Part shown: piece by piece, positions 1 to 42,169 of the stretch
How positions within the stretch are numbered: the stretch's first letter is position 1
How the letters are laid out: every line of letters starts with the position of its first letter
Origin: Thalia democratica
Taxonomy: Eukaryota
Direction of reading: 5' to 3'
Assembly (NCBI GenBank): GCA_965202585.1
Contig: OZ241831.1
Location: 12,524,001 to 12,588,000, forward strand
DNA: 64,000 nt
Notes under the pieces: generated by a model
What the model was told of the DNA's origin: nothing
Database searches by the model: none
Seen by the model: the letters and a program-made list of their open reading frames with translations, nothing else
Translations under genes and position numbers: made by a program

Positions 1-600
1 TTTTATACAAAGTTTTAAAAGGAAATCTTTAATGTAAGCGTGTATTATAAGTTAATTGGCTTAACGAAAATATGTGGTTAATAACTTGTTTTACTGCTTT
101 TTGTGTCATATATCATAAAGTTAAATAAATTGTTTGTAAATGCACTTCAAGTTTTTAAAACAAGCAATACAGCAGTTTTGATTAATTAAGACGTTTTAAA
201 ACCTTTTTAATCACAAAATCCACAAATTAAAAGGTTGAATTTGTTCGTATAAGCTTCTTAACGTTCGATTCGTGTGCTTAAAGTCTGGCAAATTACGAAA
301 CATCTAAACAAATTTTCTACCTTATTAAAGTTTTTATTAAACACAGTTAACTTGTTGCTTAAAATCATTTAAATAAACAAGAAGTACAAACGTATGAATT
401 TTAGTATTGATAAAATATTTTTATATATCTTAGTTTTTTTTATCTTCACTGTTTTTACATATTAGCTGATCCATAATAAAGTGTTGAAAAGTTTTTTTGT
501 TTTCTATAATCTATAAATGAAATTACATCATTTACTAAAATTTTGTACCAAAACTTATTTAATTTGTAAAATATTGTCTATATAATTATCTTGTCCTGAA

Positions 601-714
601 CAAGACGTTAAAAGGTGTCCGTGGTGTGCGACTCGATAACCGAAAGTTTTTTTCGAGCACCAGGTCCTAGGACCAAGTACTTTGAGTGTATTTTATATCG
701 TTTAATAAACTATA
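601..714 (+). repeat. Short interspersed repeat (~110 bp, unclassified), copy
   Basis: Core aagacgttaaaagg..gtggtgtgc.actcgataaccgaaag...gcaccaggtcctaggac recurs at 34710-34819 (-), 43092-43200 (-), 46877-46991 (+) and 62882-63000 (+). Confidence 0.8.
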
Positions 715-1052
715 TATTGAGCTATTAAACATGTAACTAAAATAAGAATATTATCAGATTCTATTGATACCTTAGATATCTTAATTAATTTTTTTTTTCT
801 AGTTAGTTAATTAGCATACACTTTAAGTTTTTTTTTCAAAGCATGATTTTTAAAGTTATTTATAACCTTAGTTTGATAACATTTGTTACTTGTTAGTGTA
901 GACTTTTAAAAGTGCAACCACTTAACCATATAAAACCACAAAATTATCTTTGTGTGTGGATTTACTTTTTTTGGTAGATGCTTATTTAATCTGAAATTCA
1001 ATTTTTGAGTTGCTTAAATACAAAAGTACTTGCAACTTAAATATTCTTTCAG

Positions 1053-30027
<28,975 letters not shown>

Positions 30028-32248
30028 AGCTTTTTTTAAGCGAGGCGCAGCTTAGTCAGATCGTCCGGGGTCATTGAACGCCCAAAGTAAAAGCAAGGAA
30101 GTCGGTTGGCAGCCGTATGCGAAGATTAGAACACTTTGCCGCACACCAAAACATTTGTTATACTTACGTTTTTATTGACCTCAAAAAAGTGTACACCCTC
30201 CTTCTTTGCGTAACGTTTTGTTCATACAAGTTGATCGGTTTGCTTTGAAAAACTTTCTGGGCGCTTCGTGCCTTTAAAGGGTTTTCTAACGTCTTAATTA
30301 TACAACTAGATTTTACACAATTTAAAAAATTGACCCAGCTTTTTTAGGTGAAAACGTTAAGTTTTGTTATGTTATAAAAGCTTTTTTTTTCTTTTTGTAA
30401 TCAAGTAACTTATTTTAGTTTTACTGTTGCCTTGGCGAACCTTTTTTATTACGCGGGTTTATTTGAGCACATACACACGTTACATACCATATTTAGTCTG
30501 ATTTTCAATTTTCGACTCCAACCCATAGGATAATTGCCTTACAAATTACTGAGCTTTTGTTCAACATACACATTTTGTTATCAGGTCAACCTAAAGATAC
30601 AGTACAGTCTCACATTTTTACATTTACTTAAAAATTGCCTGCTATATATACGACTGTTTTCACAGTTTTCAAATCATTCAATCATTTTTCTGCTTTTATC
30701 TTTATTTATTGTTTTTAACCAGCACTTATTACTTACTTTGTGATCAAAAAAGCTAGATATGTATTGATCTATTGCTCTATATTAATAAAATATTTCTAAA
30801 AATACTTTTGTTTGGAGTATTAGAGTTATTTCATTGTAAAAAAATTTGTTTATCAGAATTCGCTTTTAACAATTAATAGCTAGTAAAATCAAAATAAATA
30901 ATAACTACAATTTTTTAGCTCTGCAATAAAAATCAATTTAAAAGAAATTTTAAAGTCGAACTAAAAATAGTTTCTTACTTAATAATTTTTTAATATAATT
31001 TTGTAAAAAATAGTTCAATGACGAAGTCAAGGAGTTATAAATGAATTAATAGTTAGTTTTTACGAATTTATAAGTTTTAAACATCAGCAAAACTTCTTTA
31101 AAAAGTAGTCTAGCATAGATAAAACTTTAAGATTTTTAGTCTAAGAATACATAGTTATACAACATAAGAAGCTACGAACAAAAAAAATCAATGAAGCATA
31201 AATATTAGATAAAACGTAAGAAAAAACAAACATAAAATTAGGTTTCTATAACTTGTTCTTAGCTAAACAAATACAAAGCAAAAGGTGCTAATACACGGTT
31301 TGGTAAACGCTTAGTTAAGACAAAGTACAAAACTTCTTTTATAAAGTCGCAAGCTACGTTGTTTAAATGAAAACTGAATAATATTAACCAGTATAATAAA
31401 CAGTATTTTGGGTAAGCATCGAAATGCTTTTTGCAAGCATTAAAAAAAATTTCATATATATATTTAACTTAATGTGTAAGTCGTTGTTCTTTAGTACGGG
31501 TTTTTATATTAAAACCTTGTTGTTTCTACTTAGTTTTTATTATACTATTATAAGATTAAAAAAAGTTGTAGTTGTCACGGAGCTGAACTGTATCTGAAAA
31601 CAATTAATACCGTATAGTAAGCCCTTTATAGTTTTTCAAAAGTTTTCTGGTCTAAAAATCGAACTGTGAAGCTTATGATAAACTTTCAAAATATTTTCTT
31701 TTTTAGATTAATGTGGTTTAATTTAGATGTATAAGTATATGTAGCGTAAATATTTATTTTGTTATATTCTAAGTATTGTCTTTATTTAAATTGAATTAAA
31801 TCAGAATTTAAATAGTTTGTATCTCTAATTGAACAGAACTACATGTGAACTATTTATTTAGCTTAAATAACATTAAAGATACTTAAAAATTACTAATTGT
31901 TATTCCAGCTACTTGAAGAGCTGGGGTTTTACGCAATCATTTAATAGCATTAGGCTTTGTTATCAAAAGATGTTAAACTACAATTGAAGCCGTTTTAGCT
32001 TTATACTGTAACATTTTATCTTCTATACAATTTAAAATTAACTATTTAAATAGTGTATATGATAAATAAAAACGTTTTTATAGCTGAACAATTTTATTGA
32101 ACTTAAATTAAATACAATAACGAAAAGATTTTAATAACTTATAGGAAGTGATTTAATACATCACTATTAAATAGACCAACACCTTGCTATAAATTGAAAT
32201 CTCAACAAAAATTATAATTTATAACTTATAGTAAAATTTTGAAATAAT

Positions 32249-33259
32249 TTACTGTAAAACACAACAACATTTGCGTTCTGGAACTTCTGCACCTCCATCA
32301 TCGACCGTTTCTTTTCCGTTTTCACATTCTTCGTTGTCAACCACTTCGTTGTCAACCTCTTCATTATCCACACTTTCTTCTTGGTTCTCAACACCTCTTA
32401 GATTATTTTCTAATTCGTTCGCTTGCTTTTTCTTCTCTTGCAGCTCGACCCACTGGTCTATTTTTTCGCTATGATTTTTCTCAGGTTCTTCCAGTTCACA
32501 ACAACCGCACAGTGTACATTTTAAGCTTTTACCTTTTCCTTTGACATTAACTTTAGCGGCTCCAGTACCTTTTGTCGTGTGTGTATCTACTTTATTCTCA
32601 TTTGGATTACCTTGCACATCAACTTCATCTTCTTCGGGAAAAGCTTGTTCTTGCTCATTTTTTTCTTCAACACCTTTCGGATTTACTTTTAAAGCCGTTT
32701 CGATTTGAAATTTCTGCTGATGAACGATATTGGCTTTAATTGAAGTACATAACAAACTATCTTGGTTTAGCTGTGGGTTTTCTACTTTATTTTTTTCAGT
32801 GGATAAGACAAGCTGCTCACTATTTTGGGTATGTTGGTCGGGTTCAAATGCGTTATTCAAGTACTGATGTTCACTCCCCGAATGAAGAACAACATCGCCA
32901 ACACGCTCCACTGATGCTGTAAGCACTTGACTCACTATTTTGCTCATTCGCGGCGTACTGTCTTCAGTGGAATCAGTCGTTTTAGATACCACTATTTTGT
33001 TAGATACGACTCCTGCAGTCCCTGAACTATCTTCATCTTCATTCACAAATCCTTCGTTTGTTTCACATCCCAATTGAGATTTGCATCCTTTTTTATCATC
33101 AGAAGCAGTATTTCCGAGAAGATCTTTGGATTGCTGCGTTGATCTTACAAGATCTTTTTCACTTGGTTGGTCAGGCACAAACGTATCTTCCGCATGCTGC
33201 GATTCTTCAATCGATTTTGAAATAAGATTTTTTTTCAAATCACTATTCATCCTAGCCAT
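32249..33259 (-). CDS. Uncharacterised acidic, low-complexity protein ending in RKCCCVLQ (CaaX plus adjacent Cys), copy 1; 336 aa from the first ATG, may have an upstream exon
   Basis: 1-kb stop-free ORF in ~25% GC surroundings; E/D/N/Q/K-rich. C-terminal CVLQ-stop. A ctaacag acceptor lies 20 nt upstream of the ATG, and the frame stays open across that leader. Confidence 0.8.
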   Translation of the reverse strand: MARMNSDLKKNLISKSIEESQHAEDTFVPDQPSEKDLVRSTQQSKDLLGNTASDDKKGCKSQLGCETNEGFVNEDEDSSGTAGVVSNKIVVSKTTDSTEDSTPRMSKIVSQVLTASVERVGDVVLHSGSEHQYLNNAFEPDQHTQNSEQLVLSTEKNKVENPQLNQDSLLCTSIKANIVHQQKFQIETALKVNPKGVEEKNEQEQAFPEEDEVDVQGNPNENKVDTHTTKGTGAAKVNVKGKGKSLKCTLCGCCELEEPEKNHSEKIDQWVELQEKKKQANELENNLRGVENQEESVDNEEVDNEVVDNEECENGKETVDDGGAEVPERKCCCVLQ

Positions 33260-34709
33260 AAAATAATTGATCAAAGTAGCTGTTAGTTAAAATTATTATT
33301 GGTAACATGGGATGTTAAGGTTGCTTATTTATGTTTATCACAACTGCATAATTTAAATAAAATTATAACTATAAGCCTAGTAATTTTACTTAGTAAACAA
33401 TTTTGAGCATTCAAGATAATAATTTATTATTGAAATTGATTTTCCACTAGATCAACTTACTTTTATATGTAAGTATAACTTCAACCAAAAACTAATGGTT
33501 TTTTTTTAAGCTATATCGTAAATTTAAGTTCTGTTACCTAAATGTTGAAGTATCATATACTATCTTAACCACTTGAAACGTTTTTTAGTCAAAATACTAA
33601 CTACAATATAAAAAAATTAAATTTAATTTAATAAGAAATTATTTCATGGACTAGTATAAATACTTTTTATTTAACAAAAAAAAATCTTAAAGTTTTTGTT
33701 CATTATAAAGAGTAAACTATAACAGAAATCCATCAACAAAATAAACTGTATGCCTTTATAAATATTTTTTTTTGATTAAACACAAAACAATATAACAACA
33801 ACTTTATTACAGCTTGACTATGTTCGTTATTCAAAAAAATATGCTTTCTTTGTTTAAACTTTGAGCTGGACACCAAAGGAATGTTTTATTGATATAAACT
33901 CAAACTGTTATTTGTTAAAATTCAATATGTTCTAAATTACTTTAAATATACACATTTAAATATTATTTTCTTTTATGTTTTCTAAAATCCTTGGTCTCAG
34001 TTTCCTTATTGTGTAAGCCACAAAGCTAAAAAACAAATTTATTTAATAAATGACCATATTCCACTTAAATTTGATACAATTTATAAAAACATAAAACTTA
34101 AAATATCTATCATAATATAATCTAAACAAGTAGTTTTAAGATATTTTTTATATTATCATGCCGTAGTATTACAGACTTATATATACACTCTAATCTTCTT
34201 AATTATAAACATATTATTAATTAATTTAAGCCGATAAGAATTCAACCCTAAAAACATGTTCAAAGGACAATACGTATATAAAAACTTTCTGATTATTGAG
34301 CTACACCAACACTAGTTTTACTTTAAATATGTTAATCTTGATAGAAAATAAATATACTATTTCCTGAATAAACTAGTATTTTTTTAACTACCTAGATGAT
34401 AAAATTTCATAACGCTTTTGTTTAAAATAATGTAAAACTTTCTGATACATACTCAAACTTTATTGAAATTATTTTAGCATGTGTTATACTTAAAATTTTC
34501 AAAAACAGCTGTAGATAAGGAACTGATGTCTAAAAGTACAGAATTTTAAAGCTAAAGATAAAGTTTTACATATAAAATGCCTACCACTATACGTTTGTTT
34601 TTTATTGAAATATATATAATTTAATTTTTTGAAGAAATTATTTGTAATCATGTTCTTTAACTATACAAAGCTATACATGTTTAAAAATGTTATGTTGTGT
34701 AGTTATTAC

Positions 34710-34819
34710 AGTTTATTTGACGATAAAAAAATGCTCAAAATATTCGGTCCTAGGACTTGGTGCACGAAGAACCTTTCGGTTATCGAATTGCACACCGCTT
34801 GGATACTTTCAACGTCTTG
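34710..34819 (-). repeat. Short interspersed repeat, copy
   Basis: Reverse complement of the 601-714 element. Confidence 0.8.
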
Positions 34820-35778
34820 TAGACTTTATTTACTTTAAGACTTTTTTGCTGCTTTAAAACCTCTATTATAAACAATTTACTTGTCATTTTTTATGAAGAA
34901 CAAACTGAAAGATTTTACTTTTCACAAACAACTTAGAAAATTAAATAAAAAAATTTAACACGTATAAAAATGTTTTAAATTAATAATGTATTAGTTCCAA
35001 ATTTGTTTAACATGAAGACAAATTTTTATTTGTTACAGCGAAAAACTCTTCTCAACAAATAATTTTCTTTACTACTTGTATTCATAAATTAACTGTAATT
35101 TCAAAGTGCATACGCATTGTCTTACTTTTAACAGTTCTTAGGTTCTTAACTGTGCTGAAGTTGGATATTGGAGTCAACAGTTTTTGATAAACTCATTAAA
35201 TTTACTTCACATTCTAATAAACAAGTTCACTTTAGCACTTTTTTCAGTTACACGGCACTTAAAAACTCAGAAAATTCATACTCTTATATAAAAATTAAAG
35301 GGATGTACCTCAGAAAATTGAAAAGTTCTACGTTTCACTAAATTGTAGTGAACAGTAAAATTGTTTTTATACTTATCATAGTGCACAGCTGCACCGATGA
35401 GAACCACTGCCTTAAACAATGCTCTATAAAAACTTATCGTTTAAGAAGCTATTTTAAATGTCACTTTTCCAAATGTATGCATCCGTGCAAAGTAAAAGTT
35501 TTTTATTGTCTACCGAATAGATATCGCAAACATGTATAACTTATAGTTTGTTTAAATGTTAATCGAGTAAGTGTATTTGAACTATTTTTATAACTTCTAA
35601 AGCTGTATAAGCTTTTAACACAATTTTGTATATATTTTTATGAGTATTTTGATTTAGCAACCATAACAACCAAGGTTATGTCATTTAATGCAAAGATAAA
35701 AAGTTATTTTTTATTCCAATAAAAAATACACCAAGTTATATTTTACTTACATTACGGAAGTACAAATTGTAAATCAAT

Positions 35779-36821
35779 ATGAAGACATACGAAGAAGTAT
35801 TCAATAAAGATTACAGCTGGTACGAGTAAGTGAATTGTATTTACTTTTATTTATAAGAAAAAAATTTAAGCTTTAAAATTGATGTATTGTATATGTTTGT
35901 AGCTCAAATGACATAGTCAGTGAGTGACCTAAGACTAGATTTTTTATGATTTCAAAAAACTACGCATATATATTTAGATATAAAATGTAGAAAAAAGCTT
36001 AAGTATCTTTAAATTATAGATTAAACATGTTTCCTTAAACTTTTATCAACTTCTGTTTAATGTACATTGTTAATTGATATCATAAAAGTCTCTATGTAAA
36101 GTACACTTTCAAGTTAGCAAAGTCTTTAAGCTTTCAATACTTTTTGTTAGCCTAATCATGTAATGTTGTAACATATAGACTCTTTCTTTAACGACTAGTT
36201 TAAGTCTTTATAAACATGAGAATTGTGCTAATAAATCACTGAGACCACTTTATTAAATCTATTTCTCTTTTTATATTACAACAAGTAAGCATTCTTTACA
36301 GTGACGTTGTTGCGTGGGAAAAGAGCCAAACGACTGAAAAAAGCTCTGACTCGGAATACCACTCTGAGAATGACAAAGTACCAGAGTTCGAAGTTCTTAG
36401 AGAAACTTTAAACAATCATAACATCGAATGGCCAGATGTTGTTGATGAAAGTGAATGCAGCAGTGCTAGCTCGTCTTTCTTCTTAGCTTCAATAACCGAA
36501 GAAAGCAATGAAAACGATCAAACCAGTGTAGATGTAGGAGAAAGGAAAGTCAATATTGCGAAAGGAAGAAAAACTGACGAGGCTGAAAAGAGGCTTGAGA
36601 AAGCAAGCAAGCTGCTAGATGATGAAAAAATTTCTTTGGCACGATTCTTGCAGATGCTGGACCCAACTGGGGAGTGGTTTCCCGAAGACTCAAAATTTAC
36701 TTTTGAGTTTGAGGAGGAAAGTATAGAAACCAACACCATCGAAATGATTATGAAAGATTTTTCTGGACCTGATTGGAGCAGTTCTTTTCAGTTTGAGTTC
36801 AATAGTGACATTGAAGCTTAA
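35779..36821 (+). CDS. Uncharacterised 188-aa acidic protein, two coding exons (35779-35825, 36302-36821)
   Basis: ATG AAG ACA TAC...TGG TAC GA|gtaagt joins tttacag|T GAC GTT... in frame. The second exon is open for 172 codons (MKTYEEVFNKDYSWYDDVVAWEKS...FEFNSDIEA*). AATAAA at 36836. Confidence 0.7.
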
Positions 36822-39800
36822 AATTTTATATTTTCAATAAAATGATATATACAAAAGTAAAGCATTGTTTAAAATAAGCTTAAATTCTTTGAATATTATA
36901 TAACCACTTCATTCAAAACAAAAGCTTTAAAACTTTTGCAATCTTATTGTTTTGAAATGTGGAAAAAACGTAAATTTTACGAAGTTTCTTGCTTACAATG
37001 ACAAACTATCATATTTGCTTTTAGTATTTGATTAGTTTTCGGCTTTAAACTCTATTTTTTAAGCCGGGTCTTTTAAAAAAACGGGCTAATTTTTGTAAAA
37101 TAAGGTTGCTTGTGGGCCACACGATTTAGAAAAATGTCTTCAAAGGGCCGAAAAAACGGAAAATAGTTGTAATAAACATCATAAAAAATACTATTCAAAA
37201 TATGAAGCTACTATTAAAAAATTAATATGTTTATATATAACTGTTCAAAATATAGATTTAATCGTTTGCTAACAAAAGATCCAAATGATCAAGTTCACCT
37301 GAATATAAATAAAAACAAACTACACAGTAATCTTCCTTTATTGTACCAATATAAGTTTCTGTGTGTTAACGAATCAACACACTTCAATTGATGAATTTGT
37401 TTATATTTGTATATATATCTATTTAGGAGTTCTGCTTACTATTACATATTTTTTTTGTAGATCAGTGTTAAGACTTTTTAGCATAAAAATATAGTTCATT
37501 ATTTTTAACTTGTTTTTCAAAATTTCTACTGTTTTAGCTTTGTCCTAGTTTGTTGATAGTTTTCTGTTCACATTTGATAACGTAAGAGAAAAAATATTCT
37601 TGTTGTGTAAATCATTTTTATATGAAGAAAGCAGTTTGTGAATTTTCGGGGTACGAATAAACCTTTCCAAAAATATGGTGTAGGAGTACCACAATATAAA
37701 GTCTTAAAACCCTAATTGCTTTTAATACACATTAATGATTTGTAGAACAATGGGTTCATAGCTTTGCAGATTAAGCACTACTGTAAAGAATATCAAGGAA
37801 TATCAAAAAAAAAATTGTTAGTAAGTGGCAACTTAAAATAAGATTTTTTTTTTTTTAATTTACTTAAAATAAATAAAACTAAAAGAACACCATTGAATAA
37901 AAAAAATCCTTTTAGGGTAAAATAAAGATTTTCATGTCAATATAGGTTTTAAAAAATTTTTTAAGTTAAATGATAAATATCTTTAAGTGTTTAAGACTGA
38001 TTATTATAGTCGTCTTAACTGGTCACAACATGGCACGCACTTCCTTTTGTTCACTATTCAGAGCGCTTTATTTCTGGAAATCTGGCAACCCTGAATTATT
38101 ACATATGTTGTTCTAATAAATTACAAATTTTCTAATTTGCATCACATCTTCAAGGCTAAACTTAACTTAAAGTTTTGTAATGGAGTACTAGATAGCATAT
38201 TTTAGTGATTTAAATTCAATTTAATGACAATTGAGTTAAGCGGTTGGTAGGAATCATATTTGCACTTGGCATTAATAGTTTATTATATATTTAATTTTTT
38301 GTTTAATAGGTAATATATTTAGCAATTTTTTCAACTGGTGATAAAATTTATACATTTTGTTGATAAAACTAAACTACAAATGGTTATTTTTAAACCACTT
38401 CAGTCTGGTTAAAAAAACTATTACAATTTTGGTCTGATCCCATAGGATAATTGCCTTACAAATTACTGAGCTTTTGTTCAACATACACATTTTGTTATCA
38501 GGTCAACCTAAAGATACAGTACAGTCTCACATTTTTACATTTACTTAAAAATTGCCTGCTATATATACGACTGTTTTCACAGTTTTCAAATCATTCAATC
38601 ATTTTTCTGCTTTTATCTTTATTTATTGTTTTTAACCAGCACTTATTACTGACTTTGTGATCAAAAAAGCTAAATATGTATTGATCTTCTACTGTATAGT
38701 AATAAAATATTTTAAATATACTTTTGTTTGGAGTATTAGAGTTGTTTCATTATAAAAAAATGTCTGCATAAGAAATCACTTTTATCAATTAATAACTAGT
38801 AACAACAAAATAAATACTAATAACATAATAATAAATATAAATTTTTAGCTCTGCAATAAAAATAAATTTAAAAGTAATTTTAATAGTCGAATTAAAAATA
38901 GTTTCTTACTATAATAATTTTTTAATATAAATTTGTAAAAAATAATTCAATGACGAAGTCAAAAAGTTATAAATTCGTAAAAACTAACTATTAATTAATT
39001 AATAAGTTTTAAACATCAGCAAGACTTCTTTAAAAAGTAGTCTAGCATACATAAGATTTTAAGGTTTTTAGTCTAAATGTACATACAAAAAAGAAGCTAC
39101 AATCAAAAAAAAATCAATGAAGCATAAATATTAGATAAAACGTAAGAAAAAACAAACATAAAATTAGGTTTCTATAACTTGTTCTTAGCTAAACAAATAC
39201 AAAGCAAAAGATGCTAATACACGATTTGGTGAATGCTTGGTTAAGACAAAGTACAAAACCTTATTTATAAAGTCGCAAGCTACCTTGTTTATAAATCAAT
39301 ATATTATAATATATTCAGTATATATCAGTATTTTCGGTAAGCATCGAAATGCTTTTTGCAAGCATTAAAAAGTTTTGTTCATATTTAATAAACTTAATGC
39401 GTAAGTCGCTTTTTTTAGTACGGGTTTTTAAATTTAAAACCTTTTTGTTTCTACTTAGTTTTTATTATATTATAACAAGATAAAAAAAAGTTGAACAGTT
39501 TTGTCACGGAGCTGAATTGTTTCTGAAAACAATTAATACCGTATAGTAAGCTCTTATAGCTTTTTTAAGTTTTTTAAAAATTTTTCAGTTTAAAAATCGA
39601 ACTATGGAGCTTATGATAAAGTTTCAAAATATTTTCTTTTTCAGATTAATGTTGTTAAATTTAGATGTGCCAATTCATGAAACATAAATTTTTATTTATT
39701 GTGGTTTAATTGAAATATTGACCTTAATTAGTTTGAAATTTAATCAGAACAAACTAGAACACTCTAACTGTAGAACTACCTGTTATAACTCGTTAGAACT

Positions 39801-40180
39801 AATATATAAGATACTTAAAAATTACTAATTGTTATACCAACTACTTCAAGAGCTGGGGTTTTACGCAATTATTTAGTAGCACTAGGCTTTGTTATCAAAA
39901 GATGTTAAACTACAATTGAAGCAGTTTTAGCTTTATACTGTAACATTTTATCTTCTATACAATTTAAAATTAACTATTTAAATAGTGTATAAGATAAATA
40001 AAAACGTTTTTATAGCTGAACAATTTTATTGAACTTAAATTAAATACAATAACGAAAAGATTTTAATAACTTATAAGAAGTGATTTAATACATCATTATT
40101 AAATAAACCAACACCTTGCTATAAATTGAAATCTCAACAAAAATTATAATTTATAACTTATAGTAAAAATTTGAACTAAG

Positions 40181-41179
40181 TTACTGCAAAACACAACAAC
40201 ATTTACGTTCTGCACCTCCTTCATCGACCGTTTCTTTTCCGTTTTCACCTTCTTCGTTGTCAACCACTTCGTTGTCAACCTCATCATTATCCACACTTTC
40301 TTCTTGGTTCTCAACAATTCTTAGATTATTTTCTAATTCGTTCGCTTGCTTTTTCTTCTCTTGCAGCTCGATCCACTGGTCAAATTTTCTGCCATCATCT
40401 GGCTCAGGTTCTTCCGGTTCACAACAACCGCACAGTGAACATTTTAAACTTTTATCCTTTCCTTTGACATTGACTCTAGCGGCTCCAGTACCTTTTGTCG
40501 TGTGTGTATCTACTATATTTTCATTTTGATTACCTGGCACATCAACTTCATCTTCTTCGGGAAAAGCTTGTTCTTGCTCATTTTTTTCTTCAACACCCTT
40601 CGGATTTACTTTTAAAGCCGTTTCGATTTGAAATTTTTGCTGATGAACGATATTGGCTTTAATTGAAGTACATAACAAACTATCTTGGTTTGGCTGTTGG
40701 TTTTCTACTTTATTTTTTTCAGTGGATAAGACAAGCTGCTCACTATTTTGGGTATGTTGGTCGGGTTCAAATGCGTTATTTAAATACTGATGTTCACTCC
40801 CCGAATGAAGAACAACATCGCCAACACGCTCCACTGATGCTGTAAACTTTTGACTCACTATTTTGCTCATTCGCGGCGTACTGTCTTCAGTAGAATCAGT
40901 CGTTTTAGATACCACTATTTTATTAGATACGATTCCTGCAGTCCCTGAACTATCTTCATCTTCATTCACAAATCCTTCGTTTGTTTCACATCCCAATTGA
41001 GATTTGCATCCTTTATCATCAGAAGCAGTATTTCCGAGAAGATCTTTGGATTGCTGCGTTGATCTTACAAGATCTTTTTCACTTGGTTGGTTAGGCACAA
41101 ACGTATCTTCCGCATGCTGCGATTCTTCAACCGATTTTGAAATGAGATTTTTTTTCAAATCACTATTCATCCTAGCCAT
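40181..41179 (-). CDS. Uncharacterised acidic CaaX-terminated protein, copy 2 (332 aa from the first ATG)
   Basis: Paralog of 32249-33259. ORF intact, only in-frame indels (3 and 9 nt), RKCCCVLQ retained. Confidence 0.8.
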   Translation of the reverse strand: MARMNSDLKKNLISKSVEESQHAEDTFVPNQPSEKDLVRSTQQSKDLLGNTASDDKGCKSQLGCETNEGFVNEDEDSSGTAGIVSNKIVVSKTTDSTEDSTPRMSKIVSQKFTASVERVGDVVLHSGSEHQYLNNAFEPDQHTQNSEQLVLSTEKNKVENQQPNQDSLLCTSIKANIVHQQKFQIETALKVNPKGVEEKNEQEQAFPEEDEVDVPGNQNENIVDTHTTKGTGAARVNVKGKDKSLKCSLCGCCEPEEPEPDDGRKFDQWIELQEKKKQANELENNLRIVENQEESVDNDEVDNEVVDNEEGENGKETVDEGGAERKCCCVLQ

Positions 41180-42169
41180 AAAATAATTGATCAAAGTAGC
41201 TGTTAGTTAAAATTATTATTGGTAACATGAGATGTTAAGGTTGCTTATTTATGTATATCATAACTACATAATTTAAATAAAATTATAACTATAACCTACT
41301 AATTTTACTTAGTAAAAAATTTAGAGCATTCAAGATAATATTTTATTATTGAAATTGATTTCCCACTAGATCAACTTACTTTTATATGTAAGTATAACTT
41401 CTTAACTAAAAACTAGTTGTTTTTTTTAAGCTATATTGTAAATTTAATTTTGTTACCTAAATGTTGAATTATCATACACTATCCTAACCATTTGTAACCT
41501 TTTTTAGTTAAAATACGAACTACAGTTTTTTTTTTTTTTAGAAATTCTTTCATGGACTATTACAAGTACTTTTTATTTAACAAAGCAAAAATTTAAGATT
41601 TTGATATTTTTAAAGAGTAAACTATAAAAGAGATCTATCTACCAAACAAATTGTATGTTTTTATAAATATAAATTTTTGATTAGACACATAACAATATAA
41701 CAACAACTTTGACTATGATCGTTATTCAAAAAAATATACTTTCTTAGTTTAAACTTTGAGCTGGAGACCAAAGGAATGTTATATTGATATAAACTCAAAC
41801 TGTTATTTATTAAAATTCAATATACTCTCAATCACTTAAAATATACACATTTAAATATAATTTTAAATATACTGTCAAAAATCCTTGTTCTCAATTTCCT
41901 TTTTGTAAAAGCCACAAAGCAAAAAAATAAATCTATTTAATAAATGACCACTTTCCACTTAAATTTGATATAATTTATAAAAACATAAAACTTGAAATTT
42001 CTAACTTGATTTAATCTTAACAAGTAATTTTAAAATATTTTTTATATTAACATGCCGTAGTATTACAGAAATATATATACACTCTAATCTTCTTAATTAT
42101 AAACATATTATTAGTTTATTAGACGCGATAAGAACTCGGCCCTAAAAACACAGTCAAAGGACAATCAAT

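Larger units (their letters stand above)
30522..38438. repeat. Tandem segmental duplication, copy 1 (~7.9 kb)
   Basis: Begins cccataggataattgcc at 30522; the same sequence recurs at 38439. Colinear with 38439-46824 throughout, including paired ORFs in the ORF track. Confidence 0.95.

Noticed and set aside
615-665. tRNA-like appearance of the short repeat (ends ...gcacca)
   Set aside because: No cloverleaf or anticodon stem pairing and no convincing B box; not called as tRNA.
30534-30743. 69-aa ORF identical in both duplication copies
   Set aside because: TTG start and AT-rich composition; the identity is explained by the identical 212-bp DNA block, not by coding selection.
30784-30789. AATAAA as Cav1 poly(A) signal
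   Set aside because: The hexamer is too common in this AT-rich DNA to assign without 3'-end data.
37065-37160. gggcc-rich patch resembling a hAT MITE
   Set aside because: No TIR pair or TSD could be defined.
38027-38093. YY1-like (aacatggc), ETS-like (cacttcc) and ggcaac motifs, also at about 46405-46475
   Set aside because: Short motifs with no adjacent gene start; ctggcaaccctg is also a common transposon-end remnant.
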